A program made the translations under genes and the position numbers. A stretch of DNA of 64,000 nt from Lingula anatina (Eukaryota > Animalia > Brachiopoda): assembly GCA_051362555.1 (NCBI GenBank), contig CM120645.1, positions 17,298,001 through 17,362,000 on the forward strand, written 5' to 3'. Below, in pieces: positions 50,001-59,060 of this stretch (position 1 is the stretch's first letter; each line of letters begins with the position of its first letter). The notes under the pieces were generated by a model. That model ran no database searches, was not told the DNA's origin, and was given only the letters and a program-made list of their open reading frames with translations.

Positions 50001-50227
50001 TCAAAGAAAACCTCAACCCAAGCAACACTGGTGCTGTGTCTCAAACACTGACAGTTACGCCACAATTAGTTCCTGACAGCAGGAACTCTCCCAGACTGGT
50101 CAAAAAGAGGAGTGAAATGAGGCGGATACACGAACGGTCGCAGACAATAGATATGTCTGGTTATGGAACGTTGCCAAAGAGTTTTGTCCAACATAAAACA
50201 AAATCAGTGGATTCAGTTTATCTTTAG
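15096..50227 (+). CDS. PLEKHG7: PLEKHG7-like Rho guanine nucleotide exchange factor (DH-PH), ~763 aa; join(15096-15377,31824-31949,32108-32172,36267-36472,38308-38345,39066-39164,41500-41655,43122-43217,43538-43639,44829-44948,45880-46054,46318-46433,47261-47354,47655-47737,48405-48537,49236-49333,49925-50227)
   Basis: All 16 introns GT-AG with consistent phases (2292 nt total). Motifs KRREAVWELLKSEC..DHLMVLK, LFGNLDEL, YCLNYSNA, WC.QDPRCNRLQLTDLLVAP, KMKWVKNF, IVWP, YEG, YIFLFDD match PLEKHG7 as recalled. Choice of first exon is less certain. Confidence 0.88.
16111..16430 (-). mobile_element. Degenerate RTE-type LINE 3' fragment with (GAT)n tail
   Basis: Minus strand reads KHFLG..R..DQ....VFWTPTGG, resembling RTE C-termini, and ends in GATGATGATGATGATGAT. 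Confidence 0.55.
18933..18975. repeat. (CA)n microsatellite, interrupted
   Basis: Direct reading. Confidence 0.9.
21472..21536 (+). CDS. Candidate alternative exon C (..TASGISGIPMETRETEHTAEQ), ATG at 21501, ends phase 0
   Basis: Acceptor tttatactcag|, donor CAG|GTAAAT; possible upstream partner exon 20979-21094 (ttttttgcag| ... CTG|GTAAGA). Confidence 0.4.
22556..22637 (+). CDS. Candidate alternative first exon D1 (MSSTYKPKQKHKLLSMGISDRRRISLG), phase 1
   Basis: ATG-initiated open frame ending at GTG|GTAAGT. Confidence 0.35.
28382..28436 (+). repeat. 55-bp direct repeat, copy 1 (copy 2 at 30008-30062)
   Basis: AAATAGTGT.GTG.TC.CGATCTAGACTACATTAAAAGTAAAACTGAACAAGATT, 3 mismatches between copies. 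Confidence 0.85.
28602..28654 (+). CDS. Candidate exon D2 (DDSCEVLEIYISNTTKQQ), phase 1 to 0
   Basis: Acceptor tgtttcgcag|, donor CAG|GTACAA; bridges D1 to exon 31824 in frame. Confidence 0.3.
30655..30997 (+). mobile_element. Kolobok-like non-autonomous DNA element, copy 1
   Basis: Starts TTAA|AGGGGATAACAACTGTTC; shares TCTATTTTACCACCAAAAC.GCAGTTA.CGCA, CACGTGACC.CCA.AGATGGCTA, GGATTCATTAA with 41753-42060. Confidence 0.65.
31346..31513. mobile_element. Small MITE with CGGTGTAACG TIRs and internal GGTTAGGGTTAG
   Basis: CGGTGTAACG...CGTTACACCG inverted ends; similar layout at 47919-48087 (GTGTGACA...TGTCACAC with GGTTAGG). Confidence 0.55.
31824..31949 (+). CDS. PLEKHG7: RhoGEF common exon (SSRSSSAATSEESDEG...IFETQ)
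   Basis: ttcttttcag| ... CAG|GTTAGA; 126 nt, phase 0-0. Confidence 0.8.
32108..32172 (+). CDS. PLEKHG7: RhoGEF exon (EIGDTSPYISPAEEYTDDEDE)
   Basis: tttcatttcag| ... AAG|GTACCT; phase 0-2. Confidence 0.8.
32420..33330. repeat. Degenerate interspersed repeat with recurrent AAATACAGGTCGAGTT and TGACCTT/TTTGACC motifs (possibly Helentron-derived core repeats)
   Basis: AAATACAGGTCGAGTT twice plus an inverted copy; several TTTGACC motifs; boundaries approximate. Confidence 0.4.
36267..36472 (+). CDS. PLEKHG7: RhoGEF exon (PSLRRRRRSSLGD...SLNQNE)
   Basis: ttttgcag| ... AAG|GTATTT; phase 2-1. Confidence 0.85.
36672..37132 (+). repeat. Two diverged ~125-bp direct repeats (36672-36793, 37003-37132)
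   Basis: ACAGCGGACTAACAGAT..GCAGATCAAATATGGC...GCTTGCCGCTTA.TTCCCGAT...GGGTCGGCCATA in both. Confidence 0.8.
37858..38215 (+). mobile_element. Decayed RTE/BovB-like LINE 3' fragment
   Basis: Translates LDAAEL*FYQRTVRIS*T...NEVVLTRTGT...FLAHVMRKEDLKHLAITDRIEGRRARSRQR, the typical RTE ORF C-terminus. Confidence 0.8.
38308..38345 (+). CDS. PLEKHG7: RhoGEF 38-nt exon (DAKKVKSLSLLKL)
   Basis: Long pyrimidine tract cag| ... CTG|GTAAGT; phase 1-0. Confidence 0.82.
39066..39164 (+). CDS. PLEKHG7: RhoGEF exon (IDKKRSKTLAAFEEML...LIRYK)
   Basis: ttgttgtag| ... AAA|GTAAGT; 99 nt. Confidence 0.85.
41500..41655 (+). CDS. PLEKHG7: RhoGEF exon, start of DH domain (KRREAVWELLKSECVFLVDHLMVLKH)
   Basis: ccttccag| ... 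CAC|GTAAGT; DH CR1 motif. Confidence 0.92.
41753..42060 (+). mobile_element. Kolobok-like non-autonomous DNA element, copy 2
   Basis: TTAA|AG ... CT|TTAA ends; right end GAACGGTTTTTGTCCCTTTAA is the approximate inverse of copy 1's left end. Confidence 0.7.
42250..42658. mobile_element. PIF/Harbinger-type MITE (409 bp)
   Basis: Perfect TIR TGCCCCTATTTCACACAGACCACGAAT, further inverted block CCAGGAATTGACAAATTTCAGGATTCGTG; TAA TSD at 42247-42249 and 42659-42661. Confidence 0.9.
43122..43217 (+). CDS. PLEKHG7: RhoGEF DH exon (CFMEPLKKVQ...LFGNLDELCY)
   Basis: attgcag| ... TAT|GTAAGT; 96 nt. Confidence 0.92.
43538..43639 (+). CDS. PLEKHG7: RhoGEF DH exon (VSYTFCKDF...SAFER)
   Basis: cattag| ... 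AGG|GTAAGT; 102 nt. Confidence 0.88.
44829..44948 (+). CDS. PLEKHG7: RhoGEF DH exon (YHRYCLNYSNALAHLE)
   Basis: gttccag| ... AAG|GTAGGG; 120 nt. Confidence 0.92.
45880..46054 (+). CDS. PLEKHG7: RhoGEF DH exon with CR3 (WCSQDPRCNRLQLTDLLVAPMQHWTKMPLLL)
   Basis: ttttttag| ... TAG|GTACAT; phase 0-1. Confidence 0.92.
46318..46433 (+). CDS. PLEKHG7: RhoGEF DH-PH linker exon (KMKWVKNFER...IVWP...FIPE)
   Basis: atttcag| ... GAG|GTAAAC; phase 1-0. Confidence 0.92.
47024..47082. repeat. (TA)n microsatellite
   Basis: Direct reading, ~29 units. Confidence 0.95.
47261..47354 (+). CDS. PLEKHG7: RhoGEF exon, start of PH domain (SPKRHLMYEGPVTLV)
   Basis: ttttag| ... TTG|GTATGT; phase 0-1. Confidence 0.9.
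47655..47737 (+). CDS. PLEKHG7: RhoGEF PH exon (MYIFLFDDIFLLTK)
   Basis: cacag| ... AAG|GTAAGG; phase 1-0. Confidence 0.92.
48405..48537 (+). CDS. PLEKHG7: RhoGEF PH exon (YTVYRQPISLDRF)
   Basis: cacacag| ... AAG|GTAGGT; phase 0-1. Confidence 0.9.
49236..49333 (+). CDS. PLEKHG7: RhoGEF PH exon (LKNAFVIVQITRFQQIVGIYTFQA)
   Basis: cttccag| ... AAG|GTAAGC; phase 1-0. Confidence 0.9.
49925..50227 (+). CDS. PLEKHG7: RhoGEF last coding exon (AAWLDNLREAK ... DSVYL*)
   Basis: ttctttctag|; PH C-terminal helix Trp; TAG stop; AATAAA candidates at 50337 and 50786. Confidence 0.88.
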   Translation, partial: AAWLDNLREAKEKYNGDRNASRHNSFKENLNPSNTGAVSQTLTVTPQLVPDSRNSPRLVKKRSEMRRIHERSQTIDMSGYGTLPKSFVQHKTKSVDSVYL

Positions 50228-51353
50228 AAAATTATTTAAAGCGACTATTACTCGGGGAAATCAAAATGACTGACACGTTACAGTTAACAAAACATTTTGG
50301 TGAAGAGATAATCGTGATGTGACTTGTGTTCTACGAAATAAAAAAAAAATACCGTCATTTTAAAGAAAGAGCTATCATAACGTTGAAAGAAATGTGCTTG
50401 CATCACACGCCTAAAGTCTTATTTCAAACCAGTGGATTCTGGTAATTGGAATAATCTAGCGTCATTTGTTTAGGGCACATATTGATAAAATTATCACAAA
50501 CTGCGCATGCAGAGCGTCCCGTTTTTACGAATTAGTTGTACTCAATGAAGTTTTTTATTTCAAGTTTGTTGGTGATGTCATTTATACTGCAGACCTTTGT
50601 AAACGTAAGAAGTTATCTTCACGCTGTGCCATTGAATCCAATCTTGTCGCAGCGATGTGTCATGCACTGCACTACAAAAAAGCCTGGTCATACTTACTCG
50701 GTATGCCCTGTAAATGGAAATATGCAACAAATGGGAGGTGGGGTGGGGGCTTCATACTGTGAATATCCGCAGCTGTTTGTTTCGTAATAAAGTTCATATT
50801 GTTGTGCTACGCCTGAGGAGTCTTGTTCAATGTATGGACACGAGTGGCTATCAGCTGAGTGTTCAGAGACAATTTAGCCCAGGCAACAAACCGCGTAAAT
50901 CTTCATTGCTAAACATTCTGTACATAAGGTTACGTTGACTGGCCTGCTCCATCACAAGTGAATATTGAACTGTAATTACATAAAATGGCATAGGAAACTA
51001 AGTTCTCAGTGTTGAAAAGCTTGATATCGTCCATCACCTTTATTATAATATTCCTTCCACGAAACCACACTACGGCGAATGACGTCCATGTTGACAGTTT
51101 GCGGAAATAGGCACCCCACTATATATTATGAGCCAAGGAAGAGTTGTATAATGATAGACCTTGGAAGAACTGGTGTTTCTTGTTGAAATAGCAACTGGGA
51201 ATTTAAACAGTATTGTGATAAAACAAGAAACTAGCCAAATTTTACTTACGTTTAATAAGCTTTCAAACTGACCCAGCACCCGTTCAAGCAATAGGACCTA
51301 GTTTGATAAAAGCAACTGCCAAAGAAGGTTACGCAGAAACACAGTTCTTGAAA

Positions 51354-51580
51354 GTAGTAAATATACTCTTTTGTCACAAACTGCAAATTTGCTCACATGA
51401 GATTGTTCGATGGACTGTAGGCCATTTTCATCAGTTGGTGAGTGACACACGCCCAGTAGTCTCAACTATGTGACACAACGCCATCTGTCACTCAGCGACT
51501 GATGAAGATGACCGATTTTCCATTGAAATATCTCATGTGAGTAAATTTAAAGTTTTAGACAAAAGAGCTTTTACAACTAC
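51354..51580. repeat. Long imperfect foldback (MITE-like), ~100-bp arms
   Basis: CTCTTTTGTC/GACAAAAGAG, AAATTTGCTCACATGAGAT/ATCTCATGTGAGTAAATTT, TTCATCAGT..TGAGTGACA/TGTCACTCA..ACTGATGAA are mutual reverse complements. Confidence 0.85.
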
Positions 51581-52422
51581 CATCCACCAAACTGATGAAA
51601 CAATTTAGACTTAAGTACTTGATACTGTATGTCATTACATTTGTTTGGAAAAAGAAATATTCATGCTTAGGAAAAGTAAACAGCCTACACGTTGAATATG
51701 TCTGTGTAATTTTTGCCAATCAAACGGCATTTTTGTCAGGTTTATTTTAGTCACATACCATTGTCCGGCCCAGACACGTGTGACATCCCAGTGTGGTAGC
51801 TGGCCCTGCACGCTGGATATTATACCTAATAACATATCAGAAGTACAATTAAGTTTGAAAGAAACCGTTTCTATCATGTCCGTCATGGCGGGGGAGGGGG
51901 GGTCAAACGACTTGCCCCTTCTGCCGGGAAAAGGTCCGATCTTGGCAAAATTGATCTAGGTAAACGAAGGTATAATTGCTGGCTAGACGGACCTTCTAAA
52001 GGCTGCGGTATCTCGATTTTGATGCTGTCTCAACCAAGATTGTGACGGTCACCACAAATATCACCCAATTGTGTTAGTGAAGACAGAAAGTAAGGTGGGA
52101 CTGGGGGATAAATATGTTCTTAAAGAAATGACGTAATACGTCATGGGTAGTCATAGCATGCTTTCTGCAAAAGTACATGTCGCCAAACCAAGCTTTACAG
52201 CAATTAGGGCACACAAAGGAAATATGTTAAAATAAAAAGACAAAAAGATCATTTGGAAAACAGAATTATGAATTATGGAGGAGTGGAGTGTGTGTGTGTG
52301 TGTGTGTTTATTTTTTTGGGGGGGGAGGGATAACTTAGATGATGGGCGACAATGGTCCAGGAGAGTCGGGGTAGTTGAGGTTCGGGAACCTAAATCTCTG
52401 ATAATTATTAAAAAATTAGGTT

Positions 52423-52888
52423 ATGCAAACTTTTACAATATGATCTCTCTAGAAAGATCCTTGAAGATTAACGTCTTTTATAGTGTGTGTGTGTGTATGC
52501 GTGCGCTTTAGTGAACCCTTCTCAGAGGGCTCCATTGAGATTTTTCGTTACCCGTGAAAGCCATTATTTATTTCCCGGGAATAGTGTAACGTTCATATTA
52601 CTTAGCCTGAACCGTGAAGAACACCATTCCCATAACTCGTTAATGCAAACTTTTACAATATGATCTCTCTAGAAAGATCCTTGAACATTAACGTCTTTTA
52701 CCTGTATATCTATAACAATCCATATATTTGACATATAATTAATTCAGAAAGAAATGCTTTAATGCGTTAATGCGGCTTTTACAATATGATCTCTCTAGAA
52801 AGATCCTTGAAGATTAACGTCTTTTACCTGTATATCTATAACAATCCATATATTTGACATATAATTAATTCAGAAAGAAATGCTTTAA
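52423..52888 (+). repeat. Complex local duplication with a ~160-bp copy of 54529-54681
   Basis: Block A at 52423-52480, 52643-52700, 52776-52826; block B at 52701-52762, 52827-52888; block X at 52480-52645 matches 54529-54681. Confidence 0.9.
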
Positions 52889-53582
52889 AAGTAACGACTA
52901 TTGAATCAATAAATACAAACTTTGTATCTATGTGAACTTTTCCCCAAATTAATTTCCTTCGATGCTTTTCTTATTTTTCTGGCTGATTAATGAAAACAAA
53001 GAATGAAATCACGTTTTAATGCCTTTTAAGAATCGCTTCGGTAAGACAGAAGTTCTTGAATTGAATTCATCAATGAAGCAACACAAGAACAGATTGCTGG
53101 ATCTAAGTCGAAAAACAACCACTTCGTGCCTTTTTAACAGAAGTAAATACATGTATTAAGTTTGATTTTGTTTTTTTTCTGATGGTCATCAAGAAAAAAG
53201 TCTGAAAACTGCAAAACTGGTAAAAAAATGGTAGATGACTACAAATTCGAGGACACTGAGGAACCCTGGGTAGGCTTAACTGAGGGATAACCCTGCAAAT
53301 TCGAATGGTCACATATGTCTACTACCCGGTATCTTTGTACCGTACATGTATGTGGGAAGCCAAAACTCCGCAAACGTTATAGAAAATTTGGACTGCACGC
53401 ACAGACGACTGTACAAAATATAAAATGCGACTCCGGTTTTTATATGGTTAAGTTATTCATTGGTTGAACTATCATGACAATTTTGTAAAAACAATTCTTT
53501 AAGAGGTTGGATAAAAACGTTGGTTTATGACATGATTTTCTGTATTTTCTGTATCACTTTACGCATTGCAATATATATATGA

Positions 53583-53640
53583 AAATTTTGATGCACATAT
53601 CCCAATGGGTTACAACATTGGAACATGTGCATCAAAATTT
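53583..53640. repeat. Hairpin with ~25-bp stem and 8-nt loop
   Basis: AAATTTTGATGCACAT ATCCCAATG ggttacaa CATTGGAAC ATGTGCATCAAAATTT. Confidence 0.85.
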
Positions 53641-54485
53641 CAACGTGGCGCCGATCTTGTGAGCACGCTTTCCGCTTAGAATATGCATCGTAATTTGCTT
53701 TATGTTAATAAATTTTGGAAAATATAAGATTAAACACATACAAAAATTATTAGGAAAGAGTACAGTTAACTTCACAGACTTTGGAAAGCACGCTGCGATC
53801 CTGAATCGGCGGTTAAACAGCGATGCCATGTAGTCGGTTTTCATGAGATACACGCCAAAAAGTGGGGACCGGATATAGCTAATTTAATTAGTCTCATTTT
53901 AAATTCATTATGTCATCAGTGGAAATCTCCACTATTTACGCGTAGTCCCAGGGCCGAATCTGAATGAGGAAACGAAATTACACGCTAACTGTGGTTTGGT
54001 TGTCTTGCATGCGGGTCTGAAGGAAACGAAACAGGATAGGGTCATTACATCTGTGATTACACGCTCAGATGACAGGATTTCCTTACACACTGTTGTTTTA
54101 TGAAAAGCAATTGCTTATTTCGGGTATTTAAATCCCGAAATTGAACGATTTGTATAGTTCAGCTGTATGAGAGAAAATACCGAAATTGAAAACGTAAAAG
54201 ATAGTAAAACACAACAACCCTTTTATTCCACGCATCAAAATTTGCGACAAAAGCAATTTTTGTTTTTCTCTAGTGTGTGCCGTAAATGATCCCTAAGATG
54301 ACCAAAAAACTTGACAATACTATTCTGAGAGCTTCCTTTTCAATAATAAACAGCCGCAAGACAGACTGGTCTGTGTCCCAACTTTAAGCGCTAATTAAAA
54401 AGTTTAAAATGTTTGGAAATTGTTTGTTATAATAAGACAAGTCCATACCCTTTCACAAAAAAGCACCCCCATTGTTGTTACCCAG

Positions 54486-54531
<46 letters not shown>

Positions 54532-56980
54532 GTGTGTGTGTGTGTGCGCGCCTCTTCTCAGAGGGCTCCATTGAGATTTTTCGTTACCCGTGAAAGCCAC
54601 TATTTATTTCCCGGGAATAGTGAAGCGTTCATATTACTTAGCCTGAACCGTGAAGAACACCATTCCCGTAACTCGTTAATGTGGCTTTTTATTCTTCGTC
54701 ATTATCCTCGGTGATCCGTGATTTTCAACTCATATTCCCTGCATTTTCAATGAGAAACGAATAAATTTGTCATAATTTAGGGTCAGTCAGTGCACCCGTC
54801 GAGTGAATAGATTCTCTGGCATCAAAAAGTTTTTCGGGTCGTGTGCTCCGATGATTTTTTTCATACAGTACTTTATCTCCTGAATCAGTAAGCATTTTTA
54901 CTTAGCTTTGTTGTATTTCTCTGGTTGTTTAAGCTCTTTCTGCTTAGTTATAGGATTAATCATTGAGTCAGAGAAAGGTCAAAATATAAATTTTACTACC
55001 ATTTTCTTTCAGAAATTGGTCAATTTATTTATTAAGCTATACGTACCTAAATATTCCGGCTTGTAGTTTTCGCCTTTACCTTATTTATTTGCATGGAAAA
55101 CGACAACAGCAAGTGACCTGTCCATTCTCATTCAGATCTGACAGCGTTTTAATCATATGTGACCTATTTCCCTTCAGGCAATGTGTTAAGTTGGGACATC
55201 GCTGTTAGTTTTTTCTAGTGGTGTTCATATTCCGTTTTAATTTTGCATATTAATTTTGCAATTCTGCAGCATCTTCATCAGTCAATTTTTTCCGTACCCA
55301 TTTTCCTGGTCAATTTCATGATCGCTGATTCAAAATCAAAAAGATCAAAATTCAGTTTCGCAGATGAACATGTCTCCTCTTGGCGTTACGTTGAATACAG
55401 CAAAGGTGGGGATTTTACGAGTACGTAGGAAACAAGACGAGGCGTGTTAATCTGTAAAACTGAGTGCATACAGCGAGAGTCCCCGCAAAGTTAAATCAAT
55501 CTATGGACACCAAGTCTCAATTGGAATAGACCTCACGTGTTTTATTGGTATATATGTTTATATTGTTTATTTCTGAAATTAAATGCTTATAAAAATGAAA
55601 GAATTGAATATAAGCATTTTGCTAAGACTCCGACAGCAGAAATGATCCCCCTCCCCCCTAGATAGCGCTATCGTTGTTGGGGTTTTATATACCTCGATGT
55701 TCTTCAGTACTTCCTTTTTTATTAACATCAAGTCTACTGAACATTTGAATGGATCTTAGACTTTGAATAAATATATTATCAAATATGTTACAGTAGAGTC
55801 TCCTAGTCAAACGTGTCAAAAACTGCTCACTGGACCATGGAAGGACAGGCAGTGACCTACATAATAGCGTGACATTTTGGGGAGTGCAAGAGTCTCGACA
55901 GGATTTTGTTCTTTTGGTATATTTCAAAATATTTTGGGCATCATTGTGTCGTGTGTTTTTTTTCATTGATGAATAGTAAATGAAGATTTGCCTGTCAGCT
56001 ATTGATGTGTATTGAATGGGAAAAAGCTTCCACTTCGTCCTACCTCCTCCCCCTATGAATCTAATGGGCCGTACACTCTATAAAGAGAAGTCACTTCTTC
56101 AGTTCTGAGTGACCAGGGAGTGGATATGAAGAAATCCCTGAGACTAAGTATACCAATATCTAAATTTCAACCAATGCAGTGCAACTGTTTAGAAATTTAA
56201 TTTTGGCATTTGATAAGTTATTATTTGTGATTCATCTTTGAAGTGTTTTTAACACCTGCATGCGTTAAATAAGTTTTAACCATTCCCTAATATATTCCCC
56301 ACGTAACACATTGCTTGTACCATAACTTCATCCATGCATGTCCAAGGAAAATGAAAAATGCAACTGCACTTTTTTGAACATGTTAAATTTCGTTTGTAGA
56401 AATAATGACAATCAACATTTGTACTTGAGAAAAGTCAAGATGGGGGAAATGCTGTAACCCATGAAAAATTGTGCCCCGTTCACCTCTGTTTTCAATGTAA
56501 AGATAGAGACGGAAGCTAAGCATATCAATATTTTAACATTTTGCAATCATGTTAAAAAGTTTGAATGACAGCGAAAAAATACTATCTCAACACAGGTCCG
56601 CTAGTAGTCTGTTCATAAATTATTGTATTACACCCTAGGGGGAATTCTGAGCTGATGAACGGGAACGCGTTCCTCGCCAGACATATAACTTTGTTTGTCA
56701 GTGGTAGTGATTTTACACCTTGGTGCTGAGTAGTGCACACCCCTGTCTATGTCACATAATTCAAGTCCAGCATGGCCTAAGACTTACTCCTGCTTCCCAA
56801 CCCCACTTTTATCCTCCTCTACTACTAGGCCACCGTTTAAGGGGGGGGGGGGTAATTTGAAAATTGCAGACGAGTTGATTGAGTGATTCCCACTGGTCTA
56901 TATTTAGTTTTTTTACAGTATTTTAGAGGTCCCTGATATCAGAGGGTAGCAGGAGACGTCTTTAACAAGCACCAATCCAT

Positions 56981-57050
56981 TTTACTTTACTTTACTTTAC
57001 TTTACTTTACTTTACTTTACTTTACTTTGCTTTGCCTTGCTTTGCTTTAT
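56981..57050. repeat. (TTTAC)9 grading into (TTTGC)n pentanucleotide microsatellite
   Basis: Direct reading. Confidence 0.92.
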
Positions 57051-57241
57051 TTTTTTTTTATTTCAATTCACTTGTTTATTTTTTGTAATAGGGAATATTT
57101 TCACCTGGGTTGGTTTCCATATGTCGAAACACCATTACAGCGTTTGACATTCTTGGACATGACATGAAATATCCGACCATCCATGCACCAAATATTGAGC
57201 ACTTGGGTTGTCTGCTTGTTACATAATACAGATATATATCC

Positions 57242-57484
57242 AACTAGAAAAGCACTCCAAGAGCGCAGACCTCCGCCAAGGCAGCGATTTTTTTATTATT
57301 ATTGATTATTGATTGATTATTGATCCGGATCACCACCAAAAACTAATCATCTGTTCCTTGGCCCACTTCTGACAGTTCCTGAAAATTTCATCAAAATCGG
57401 TCCATAACTTTTTGAGTTATGTTGATGACAAACAAACAAACAGACAAACGGGTGAAAACATAACCTCCTTGGCGGAGGTAAAAA
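57242..57484 (-). mobile_element. Helentron-associated non-autonomous element (HINE / DINE-1-like)
   Basis: Minus strand: TTTTT-ACCTCCGCCAAGG subTIR, (GTTT/GTCT)n microsatellite, core, inverse subTIR CCTTGGCGGAGGT, 3' stem-loop GCGCTC-TTG-GAGTGC, CTAGTT end. Confidence 0.8.
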
Positions 57485-57573
57485 TGAATATATATCCAAA
57501 ACTATGCTTAACTTCTATCTCTATTATATGTTCACATTAGATGTCATGATCTCAAAGAAAGCAATTTAGTAAC

Positions 57574-57834
57574 AATTCCCCTGCGAAAATTTGTCTCTTT
57601 AACGTTCACTTTGCGGTTCTCAATCTAGTCTAGAACATTTGGTGTATTTTTTTACAGTTCTAATGTTGTTCTGTAATGAATGTAACAGTTCGACAACTGT
57701 TTTTGGGAAGTCCTTCAAAATGTCCTAGAACAGATTAAGAACATTTTTCATTAAAAGAGAAAAACCTTATGTATTAGGACAGATTGAAATCCGTGAAGTT
57801 AGCGTTTAAATGAGATAATTTTCGCAGGGGAATT
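57574..57834. mobile_element. MITE with 18-bp perfect and ~55-bp imperfect TIRs (superfamily uncertain, possibly EnSpm-like)
   Basis: AATTCCCCTGCGAAAATT ... AATTTTCGCAGGGGAATT; internal AGAACATT-type motifs in both orientations. Confidence 0.8.
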
Positions 57835-58508
57835 CAAGCCGTTAAAATGTGCGAGGTAATCGAATGTATGGTGTTAAAGATCAAACCTTAAGAGCCTACA
57901 AGGCCAAACAATCGGAACTAATTTTTATTCTACTTACCATTGATGACCATTGTTAATACTACGCTGCTCATTAAAAAGGCTGTGTTCAAAGATCTTTGCA
58001 TGTGGTGTTTAAATTAATATAGCATGACGGATTTTGAAGTCTTTTACAGATAAAATACTGAATATTTGAAATTTGAAGGCGTGGTTACGTGTACATATAT
58101 CATTTACATAGCTTTCTTAATTTCAGTAACTGCCTTGAAACAGATTCTTTACAGTTATAATTTCACGTTTGGCACAGTGACATTTGTAAAAGGGTTCTTA
58201 GTGGATTTAAGGCTGGTGGTGACTTGACATATCTTTATAGATAAATAATTAAAATATTCTGACAATTTAAAGCTCCAAGTAAGAATTTTCCAGCAATACT
58301 CTTTAATAGCCAAGATAAAACTTATCCAAAACTGTTGAGAAAATTGTGATTTTTTAAAAATTATATTAATGATAAGAATAACTTATTCTAACCGGCACGT
58401 GTGGAAATCACCAGCCTCTAATTCCTTGACGAGAGCAACTTAAAAACTTAAAACTCTCAGCTGGAATATGATTTCCGTTTCTGTAAGTGGTTTTGTTTTG
58501 GATTTTGT

Positions 58509-59060
58509 ATCATCATCATCACCATCATCATCATTCAGAGCTAGCCTTAAGTGTTTTACTGTTGGACGAAGGCCTCAGCATGCTTCTTCCAGTGTATTCT
58601 GTCTAGGGCTTTGTTTGTTTTTTCAGTACTCTTCTAATTCATCTTTTCATTTCTTACGAGGCTTCCCTTGTTTCTTACACACACTGGACGATAGAAGTGT
58701 CACCCCCTGAATCAGAGTAATCAAAGTAGGTAGATCTTGAGTAGTTATAATGCCTGGTCTACTTATAACGTGACTAATGAGTATATGGAATTGTACTGTT
58801 GGTCTTTTTGTGAAATTTGATGTTAATGAAATGATACCAAGAGCATATCATTCCACAGTCATTTATCTCCCCCAAAGTATTGGTTCAGTAGGGGTGACAC
58901 TTCTATTGTCCAATGTGTGTATATCCATAACTTGATGTCAATTCTGTCAGCATTGTCCATCTGTCATCTCTGATTCTACTGATATGTCCTGCTTATCTCC
59001 ATTTCATTACTTTAATTGTAAGAAGCACATATTGCATACCGTGTTGATAAATGGAAATGT
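58509..59060 (-). mobile_element. Decayed RTE LINE 3' end with (GAT)n tail, interrupted by a MITE
   Basis: MKWR*AGHISRIRDDRWT...YG/YKKQGKPRKK*KDELEEY*...ALDRIHWKKHAEAFVQQ*; frame is continuous once the MITE is removed. Confidence 0.85.
58678..58919. mobile_element. Tc1/mariner-type MITE (242 bp) nested in the RTE fragment
   Basis: TIR CACACACTGGACGATAGAAGTGTCACCCC / GGGGTGACACTTCTATTGTCCAATGTGTG; TA TSD on both sides. Confidence 0.85.

Noticed and set aside
57363-57374. CCACTTCTGACA, near-complement of the retrotransposon PBS
   Set aside because: Short match inside the HINE core with no tRNA structure around it; likely coincidence.
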